From Candidatus Hydrogenedentota bacterium (GTDB taxonomy: Bacteria; Hydrogenedentota; Hydrogenedentia; Hydrogenedentales; JAEUWI01): 64,000 nucleotides of DNA. Numbering within the stretch: position 1 is the first letter of the stretch; every line of letters begins with the position of its first letter. A program made the position numbers and the translations under genes. The notes under the pieces are model-generated. The model was not told where the DNA came from and did no database searches. It worked only from the letters and a program-made list of their open reading frames with translations. This document shows positions 57,939-64,000 of this stretch, piece after piece. The stretch covers positions 64,001-128,000 of the forward strand of contig JAXMOL010000016.1 of NCBI GenBank assembly GCA_034669905.1, in the 5' to 3' direction.

Positions 57939-58825
57939 CCACCCAGGTCGGCCGAGAAGTGAAGCTTCTTGGCAATCTGACGGGCCACGTCGGTTATCCG
58001 GGGGCCGGGTCGCAGCATATGGGAGTCGGTGAACAAGTAGATACGGCCACTTTTCCAGGCTGGCACGCCATCCAGGTAGAGCCAATCGCTGAACAGGGCC
58101 TCCGTCTGCTTCTTTGTGTAGGAGCGACCGGCGTGTATTTCGATGATTACATCGGGCGCCTTGACCAGAATAGTTTCCTTCGACGCCTCGATATAGGGCT
58201 TGTCTTCGTCACCATAGATGTTGTCCCCACCGGCTATTTCCACCAGCTCTGAAATGAATGATGTCCCCCCAACGGTCTGCAGATTGCGCAGGCTGCCCCG
58301 CTCACGGCCCAAGACAATGAGTACCTTGGGACGTTCGAAGGGGGCCACCGCCTCCCGGATCTCCTCCAGTTCGGCTGTAATCCGGGAACGAAGGGCCGTG
58401 GCCTCTTCCACGGCATTCAGCGTGTTGCCCACGGTCGCGATGCCCGCATCGATGGTGGCCAGACTGTCCATGTGAATATTCATCACCGTAATGCCATGCT
58501 GCTCCCCGAAGGCAGAAACTTTTTCATGGCGTCCCGGCACAAAAATAAGTGCGGGGCGAAGCAAGGCGATCTGCTCCAGATCCGGATCGATATATCCACC
58601 CAACTGGGGTAGCCGCTGTACACGGCTGGGAAAATCGTCATAGTCACTGACGCCGATGAGCTGAGAGCCCTTCCCCACCGCAAAGATGGTCTCCGTCACG
58701 TTGGGTGCCAGGGAGATTACGCCACTTCCTGCGCCACCTCCGCCACACCCGGTGACGATGAAGAGAAGCAGCACCGTACACAGCATCCGCAGAGACAAAT
58801 AAAAAATGACGAAAGGATTGGACAT
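57935..58825 (-). CDS. BtuF-like (cobalamin/metal-chelate) binding lipoprotein
   Basis: TGC lipobox; ISLAPN.TE..FA.G, PD.E.I..L.P, RPGPR. Confidence 0.9.
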   Translation of the reverse strand: MSNPFVIFYLSLRMLCTVLLLFIVTGCGGGGAGSGVISLAPNVTETIFAVGKGSQLIGVSDYDDFPSRVQRLPQLGGYIDPDLEQIALLRPALIFVPGRHEKVSAFGEQHGITVMNIHMDSLATIDAGIATVGNTLNAVEEATALRSRITAELEEIREAVAPFERPKVLIVLGRERGSLRNLQTVGGTSFISELVEIAGGDNIYGDEDKPYIEASKETILVKAPDVIIEIHAGRSYTKKQTEALFSDWLYLDGVPAWKSGRIYLFTDSHMLRPGPRITDVARQIAKKLHFSADLGG

Positions 58826-58943
58826 GGACCACAGATTCCAAGTTGATTCCGGTGGCGAGCCAGATAGTGATAAATTGGCGCTTTAGTTGGATTCTGTGCG
58901 GAAGGAACGGTGAAACGCAAGTTTTCGTGGGCGCGACACCAGC

Positions 58944-59126
58944 TTACAGCGCGAGCAAGATACCCAACGCATCCGCGACGAGGTCATAGACATCGGCCAT
59001 GCCACCCCCGAAAAAATCGTAGACCTCTTTCCCGACACCGGCCAGGACGGCGAGGGCGGGGTCTACCAGGGCAATCAAATAACTGATAACGAAATGGAGA
59101 ATTTTATCCGTACCCACGACATTCAT
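58944..59126 (-). CDS. small membrane protein (DK.LH...G.GKE.YD...D..AD..G motif; YfiM/VanZ-like)
   Basis: 60 aa, GGAG RBS, between trpS and the btuF-like gene. Confidence 0.7.
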   Translation of the reverse strand: MNVVGTDKILHFVISYLIALVDPALAVLAGVGKEVYDFFGGGMADVYDLVADALGILLAL

Positions 59127-59142
59127 AGCGTGTTGCTCCCGC

Positions 59143-60204
59143 TCAGGCGCGATAGAGGCTGCGGCCAATACCGATGGCCTCGCGACATCCTTCGACCGTC
59201 TCCAGGGCGACGGGCGTCACTTTCTTGGCGTTCTCGCGCAAGAAATCTTTGATAAAGTCATCGTTATTCGCCGGGTCATGGAATTTTTCAATAATGGGCG
59301 CATTGAAGGCACTCACGTGTTCTGCCACGGCCTTCTTCAGGTTTCCATAGAACTTGCCCCCCTGACGATACTGGTCAACGAAATCCAGGAACACCGCTTC
59401 GGGGGCCGTCAGGTGCAAGAGGCGATAAAGCACGTTGAGGCCACCGGGCAACCGGGAGATAACCTCTTCCGGATCATTGCTGTCCGTACCCAGGGGCATG
59501 GGCTCGGTGGAGGTGACCACGGACTTGATTTTCTTAAGGACGGTCTTCGGATCATCCAGGAGATCCAGGGTGTTGTTGTCGCTCTTGCCCATTTTCGCCG
59601 AGCCGTCCAGTCCCGGAAGTCGGAGAGCCTGTCGGTCGACGGCCTTGGGGCGTTGCAGGGCCTCACAGTCAAATCGGTGGTTGAACTTTTCCGCGATATC
59701 GCAGGCCATTTCCACGTGCTGGCGCTGATCATCGCCTACGGGGACCACATCGGCCTTCACAATAAGGATGTCCGCAGCCATCAGCACCGGGTACCCCAAG
59801 AGGCCATAGGAAAGGGGGTTCCCGTCAATCTTGGGATCATCCTGCAACTTGCTGAATTTGTCTTTGTACGTCGTGCCCCGCTCGAGGTGACCGATATTGG
59901 TGATCATACCCAGCAGCAGCGAGAGCTCTGCCGTACAGGGCAGGTCGCTCTGACGGTAGACGATAGAGCGTTCCGGATCGAGTCCGCAGGCCACGTAGGT
60001 ACGCAGCATATCCAGGGTCTGGGTGTAGACCTCTTTTCGCTCCGTAATGGTAGTCAGCGCATGGTAATCGGCGATGAAATAGAAGCAGGTGGCATCACTC
60101 TGTTGAAGACGTAGAAAGTGATGGACGGCCCCGAAATAGTTGCCATAGTGAAGACGACCTGTGGGGCGAATACCAGAAAGAATAACTTCATTTCGTGCGG
60201 ACAT
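59143..60204 (-). CDS. trpS: tryptophanyl-tRNA synthetase
   Basis: SGIRPTG.LHYGNY.GA, YPVLMAADIL, VPVG.DQ.QH, KMGKS. Confidence 0.96.
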   Translation of the reverse strand: MSARNEVILSGIRPTGRLHYGNYFGAVHHFLRLQQSDATCFYFIADYHALTTITERKEVYTQTLDMLRTYVACGLDPERSIVYRQSDLPCTAELSLLLGMITNIGHLERGTTYKDKFSKLQDDPKIDGNPLSYGLLGYPVLMAADILIVKADVVPVGDDQRQHVEMACDIAEKFNHRFDCEALQRPKAVDRQALRLPGLDGSAKMGKSDNNTLDLLDDPKTVLKKIKSVVTSTEPMPLGTDSNDPEEVISRLPGGLNVLYRLLHLTAPEAVFLDFVDQYRQGGKFYGNLKKAVAEHVSAFNAPIIEKFHDPANNDDFIKDFLRENAKKVTPVALETVEGCREAIGIGRSLYRA

Positions 60205-60339
60205 GCGAGCGGATACCTTACTGACAGCGATGATTGATACTACGAAACCGTGGGGCACAAGGATACCTGAACCCGGCGGAAAGATTCCATCTGCTGTGGC
60301 ACGTCTCCGGAAAGCTGCGGAACGGACGCCGTTGGCACC

Positions 60340-62142
60340 CTAGCTATTGCCCAGGCGGGCCATGAGGGTCTGCGCCATGTCGGGCCACTGGGAACCTGTT
60401 CCCTTGAACGTCAGCTCTTCTAGCTCCCAATCCACGATGGTGGGCGCGCTGATGAGCTCATCCTCAAACACAATGGCAAGCTGTTTCCCCAGATGGGTAA
60501 AACAGGCATCCGCCAGGGCATCGCGCCCTGCTTCGGTCAGGCTCAGGTGGAGATAAAGCCGATCGGCCTCCCGCTCCAGCCGGGCCCCTGTAACCGCACT
60601 GCTGTCCAGGATGATATCGTTTTGTACGGCGACCACCACACCCCGGTTGGCACCGGGGGCCCTGAAATGGGTCACCGGGATTAATTCCCGGTCCTGCGGT
60701 TCGGCCATAAGGCGAACCTGAAAAAAGTCCAGCTCCCCATCCGTTGGCACGTCCATCGGCGCGTCGGCTGGCACCGCGGCTTCCGACGGCGTTTTCGAAG
60801 GACCCCGGGCCTCCTCCCAACGTTGCAGAATAGCACTGTTTCGCTCATGGGGCAGGGTCGCCAACAAGCAGCGTCCCTCCGCCAAATCAGCAACAGGTAC
60901 TACCCCGAGGACCCGCCCTTCCAGGAGCAGCGCGGCTTCCCGGGTGCGGTGACGTCGAAGATAGGCTGCGAACGCGTCGGCCGGCGGGCCGTTGCCGTCA
61001 TCCTTCAGGGCCAGGGAAGCCTCCGAATCAGAGACAATCGCGGCCCCTTCCACCCGCCAACTTGCGGGCAGCGGAACGACGGTGTCGGACCATTCGCCCC
61101 CCGCCAACGGAACCCAGGTCTCTTGATCATTTTCTGCGGCAACGCCCGGGGCATAGTAGGGTGAGCCAACGGGCTCACCGACACCGGGAACCAACCACAG
61201 ATACACCGATTCCGAATAGCGCGGGACCGCAGTGGTAGCCGACCAGCTCACATCCTCACCAAGCCCCAATGCAGTCGCGGTCTGCAGCCGGGCCGCGCGA
61301 CGGGCGGCGAAGGCTCCCTGAAGTCCATTCCATTCGAGTTCCGGCTGTGTGCCCAATGCCGCAGGCCAGGGAACCCGACTCAGGCCGGGTATCCAGGTAC
61401 AGGGAGGCGAAATCCGGGCGCCCTCTGGGCCCTCAATCCGAATCCGATAGCGGCGGTGCCCCTGGGTACGGGCGCTCGCATCAATCCGAGCTGCCGCAGC
61501 GGCATCAAGTTGAATCAATGCCTGTCCGTCCCCTGACGTCACGGCCATTACATCGCCCGTATCCGCAAAGGGGGCACGCCATAGCCCCTCCTCGCTGGGC
61601 ACCGACTCATAGGGATGGACCTCCCAGTGAAAGGTCATAAGGGGAAAACGGGGCGAAACGATCACCCCCACCCGGCCGAAGGAGGCCGGGGCAAACTGGT
61701 ACTCGGCAAAGTAGCCGTAGTTTCCGGCCAGGTCAAGAAGGGTTTGAAGCTGAGCGGTCACCCCCCCCGAATCATCACCTTCGAGAAAGCTTATGGCGTG
61801 GGCCGCACCGGAAGTCCCGGTCGGGAGCGATTCCCAGCGAAGTTCCGGAAGCAAGCGAAGGCTGTCTTCCGTAAAATAACTCAAGGGCAATGTCTTCACT
61901 GTTATACGCTTTCTTTCGGATGTTCGGGAAGGGGAGCCATCTCCGGTGGGGCGCCCTTCCGCAATCCCGGCCCCGAGCAGTGCCAGCAATACCACCCCCG
62001 TGATGCCAGGCCGCTTCCACCACCCCGGCGCATCGACGCAATCACGCGCCGACCATATCATCGCAACTGAAGGGAAATTTCGCAAGGGCCGGGCAACTCC
62101 TTTTGTTGTAACAACCCTACGATGCCGTCGGCAGAATGTCAA
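60340..62142 (-). CDS. hypothetical exported protein with C-terminal SecDF P1-head-like domain (start uncertain)
   Basis: C-terminus V.GA....L.LSLT.AG...LA......GKQLAIVF...LISAP.I resembles the SecD P1 head. Confidence 0.7.
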   Translation of the reverse strand: MTFCRRHRRVVTTKGVARPLRNFPSVAMIWSARDCVDAPGWWKRPGITGVVLLALLGAGIAEGRPTGDGSPSRTSERKRITVKTLPLSYFTEDSLRLLPELRWESLPTGTSGAAHAISFLEGDDSGGVTAQLQTLLDLAGNYGYFAEYQFAPASFGRVGVIVSPRFPLMTFHWEVHPYESVPSEEGLWRAPFADTGDVMAVTSGDGQALIQLDAAAAARIDASARTQGHRRYRIRIEGPEGARISPPCTWIPGLSRVPWPAALGTQPELEWNGLQGAFAARRAARLQTATALGLGEDVSWSATTAVPRYSESVYLWLVPGVGEPVGSPYYAPGVAAENDQETWVPLAGGEWSDTVVPLPASWRVEGAAIVSDSEASLALKDDGNGPPADAFAAYLRRHRTREAALLLEGRVLGVVPVADLAEGRCLLATLPHERNSAILQRWEEARGPSKTPSEAAVPADAPMDVPTDGELDFFQVRLMAEPQDRELIPVTHFRAPGANRGVVVAVQNDIILDSSAVTGARLEREADRLYLHLSLTEAGRDALADACFTHLGKQLAIVFEDELISAPTIVDWELEELTFKGTGSQWPDMAQTLMARLGNS

Positions 62143-62164
62143 GCCACATCGGTCCAGGATACGG

Positions 62165-62194
62165 AAAACGCGCCAGGCCCGGGGGCCTGGCGCG
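62165..62194 (-). terminator. intrinsic terminator of the pilin gene
   Basis: CGCGCCAGGCC..GGCCTGGCGCG then TTTT on the minus strand. Confidence 0.8.
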
Positions 62195-62225
62195 CAGTCA
62201 CTAAAGGGTCATTCGGTCTTGGTGA

Positions 62226-62657
62226 TTATTCACCAATCGGGTTGCTGGTCGCGTCGGCATCGGCGCCGTCCGCGTAGCGAATCACACCGCTGGAGTCGGT
62301 GAAGAATCCTTTACCACCCGTGGTACCGTAGGCCGCAGCGTTGGCGTTTGCCGTGAAGGCGTTGGCGTCACCGCCGAGTACGAAGTTGTAACCACTCTTC
62401 GTGCCACCCCAGTTACCATCGAGGAAGGAGGGGGTTGCGCCGGTCAGGTCCGCGAAGTCGGCGGTGTAGGCGTAGTTGGCGGCGTGGTAGGCCACTTCGG
62501 CACCCACGATAGTGCGCAGGTTACCAATGGCACTGGACTCATTGGACTGCATCCGCGAACGGAGCAGGTTGGGAATGGCGATAGCCGCAATGATAGCGAT
62601 AATGGCCACAACAATCATCAATTCAATCAACGTGAAACCTTTGTTAGCTTTTTTCAT
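62226..62657 (-). CDS. type IV pilin (probable major pilin)
   Basis: KG/FTLIELMIVVAII prepilin cleavage-methylation site; AGGAGG RBS; monocistronic. Confidence 0.92.
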   Translation of the reverse strand: MKKANKGFTLIELMIVVAIIAIIAAIAIPNLLRSRMQSNESSAIGNLRTIVGAEVAYHAANYAYTADFADLTGATPSFLDGNWGGTKSGYNFVLGGDANAFTANANAAAYGTTGGKGFFTDSSGVIRYADGADADATSNPIGE

Positions 62658-62751
62658 GGCGAATCCTCCTGTGGATTGGTTTGGTTTAATCTTTCAAATG
62701 AAGGCCGCGCGGCCCGCATCGTACTTCGTTTCAACTGTTGCCAACTATAAG

Positions 62752-62766
62752 GCAAGGGCCGTGCCA
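62752..62766 (-). promoter_or_regulatory. sigma54 promoter of the pilin gene
   Basis: Minus strand TGGCAC-GGCCC-TTGC, perfect -24/-12 consensus. Confidence 0.9.
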
Positions 62767-63052
62767 AAAACGGGTCCATCCGGACAACTTTGCCTAAGTC
62801 CCCCATCGATAAACCCTTAACTTCTGTGACAGTATTTTGGCACCGCCCGCAGGCCCGAAAGGGGCAGACGACATAGGGCGCAGGATGACAAAAATTGTAA
62901 CTGCCGGGTGCCCGCAACCGCGTTTTCACGCCTTCTCCCCGTCTCCTCTTGCAATTTCCACCCCTCGACGCGCAGACTATCGGTGTTCGTATACCCGGTG
63001 GAGCGGTAACCTGCGCCCTGCTCCGAAATTGAGTGAATTCGCAGAAAAAGAA

Positions 63053-64000
63053 ATGTGCCCCGTGATCGTTGCCGATTCAACACCCCCCCCACCTATTTCC
63101 GACGAAGACGCCCTGGCCCAGTTGGCCCTTCGGGATCGGCTGGGCTGTCATCACTATCGCCAACGGATGAACACAGAGCATTACCATGCGGCGGAAGTCT
63201 TTGGCGGAGGCCGCACCCGCTTTCACCCGGAGAACTTCCCCATACTCCGGCTCACCCTTCAGTTTCTCTTGCGGGCCACCTTCACCTATTGGTGGGGCAA
63301 CTGGAACGCCCGCCAGCACCGCGTGCGGGAGAACACCATTGCCCTGCGCCGCCTCCCACCGGCCTTTGACGGCTATCGCATCCTTCAGATCAGTGACCTC
63401 CATCTGGATATAGACCCGAAAATTACGACCGCCCTGATCCAGACCCTCGCGCCGCTGGACTATGACCTGTGTGTGGTTACGGGGGATTACCGTGCGGAAA
63501 CCTTCGGCCCCTACGAGGTGGCCATGCGGGAGACTACCCGGATCATTGAGGTGCTCAAGGGCCCGCGCTATGGCATTCTGGGAAACCACGATTTCCTTTC
63601 CATGACCCCCATTCTGGAGCGGGCAGGACTGCCCATGCTGCTTAACGAACACGTGGCCATCGAGCGGGACGGTCAGTCCATTTACCTTGTCGGTATCGAC
63701 GACCCCCACTACTACGAAACCGAGAATTTCGAACAGGCGCTGCAGGGCATTCCCGCGGAAGCGACCACCATCGTACTTTCCCATACGGCGGAGACCTATC
63801 GAAAGGCCCTCGCCTGTGGAATCGACTATATGCTGAGCGGCCATACCCACGGCGGCCAGATATGCCTTCCCGGTGGCTTCGCGCCACTCCGGAACGCCCA
63901 ACACCCCCGGGCCATGGACAAGGGACCCTGGAGCTATCATGAATTACAGGGCTACACCACCACCGGTGTGGGCTGCAGCATGGCACCCGTTCGTTTTTTC
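63053..64000 (+). CDS. metallophosphoesterase (YkuE-like), 3' end runs off window
   Basis: Manual translation: ILQISDLH, VTGDY, GILGNHD, LSH, LSGHTHGGQ; start 63053 ATG or 63062 GTG. Confidence 0.9.
   Translation, partial: MCPVIVADSTPPPPISDEDALAQLALRDRLGCHHYRQRMNTEHYHAAEVFGGGRTRFHPENFPILRLTLQFLLRATFTYWWGNWNARQHRVRENTIALRRLPPAFDGYRILQISDLHLDIDPKITTALIQTLAPLDYDLCVVTGDYRAETFGPYEVAMRETTRIIEVLKGPRYGILGNHDFLSMTPILERAGLPMLLNEHVAIERDGQSIYLVGIDDPHYYETENFEQALQGIPAEATTIVLSHTAETYRKALACGIDYMLSGHTHGGQICLPGGFAPLRNAQHPRAMDKGPWSYHELQGYTTTGVGCSMAPVRFF

Noticed and set aside
58826..58943. Cobalamin riboswitch upstream of the btuF-like gene
   Set aside because: Gap is only ~120 bp and no B12-box is recognisable
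60205..60339. T-box upstream of trpS
   Set aside because: No T-box motif or terminator/antiterminator; region is short
62226..62657. Electrically conductive (e-)pilin
   Set aside because: About 10% aromatic overall, but no aromatic residue between F1 and Y50 (positions 24 and 27 are L and S)

Overview
A GC-rich bacterial chromosomal segment. Protein style (GCP-type lipoprotein with a PKD array, PEP-CTERM protein, many BNR/Tat sugar enzymes, cysteine-free pilin) suggests a diderm, possibly Candidatus Hydrogenedentota-like; this is inference only. About 50 CDS plus tRNA-Ala(GGC). Housekeeping: tgt-yajC-secDF, trpS, ddl-dapF, yhbY, rbsK. Transport: an Opp/Dpp peptide ABC operon and a Btu/Fec-type ABC operon. 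Sugar metabolism: fucose-isomerase-like protein, a DeoR-controlled dehydrogenase/aldolase operon, BNR proteins and two PIG-L deacetylases. Also two large signalling proteins, a ParDE toxin-antitoxin pair and sigma54-driven PEP-CTERM and pilin genes. No CRISPR array, integrase or transposase is visible. Most unusual items: (i) a Vut_1/YhhQ (queuosine-precursor transporter)-like membrane domain used as the input of a GAF-PAS-PAS-SpoIIE-RsbW fusion; (ii) a MerC-like cassette with its own promoter, operator and structured leader, bracketed by a decayed duplicate of the upstream gene's 3' end; (iii) at least six distinct families of palindromic or short-tandem intergenic elements, stacked and nested, some showing compensatory stem changes, with no mobilising enzyme in the window; (iv) a DapF with a Cys-to-Ser change and an ATP-grasp protein with eroded catalytic motifs. 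All product calls come from motif recognition by eye, not database searches.
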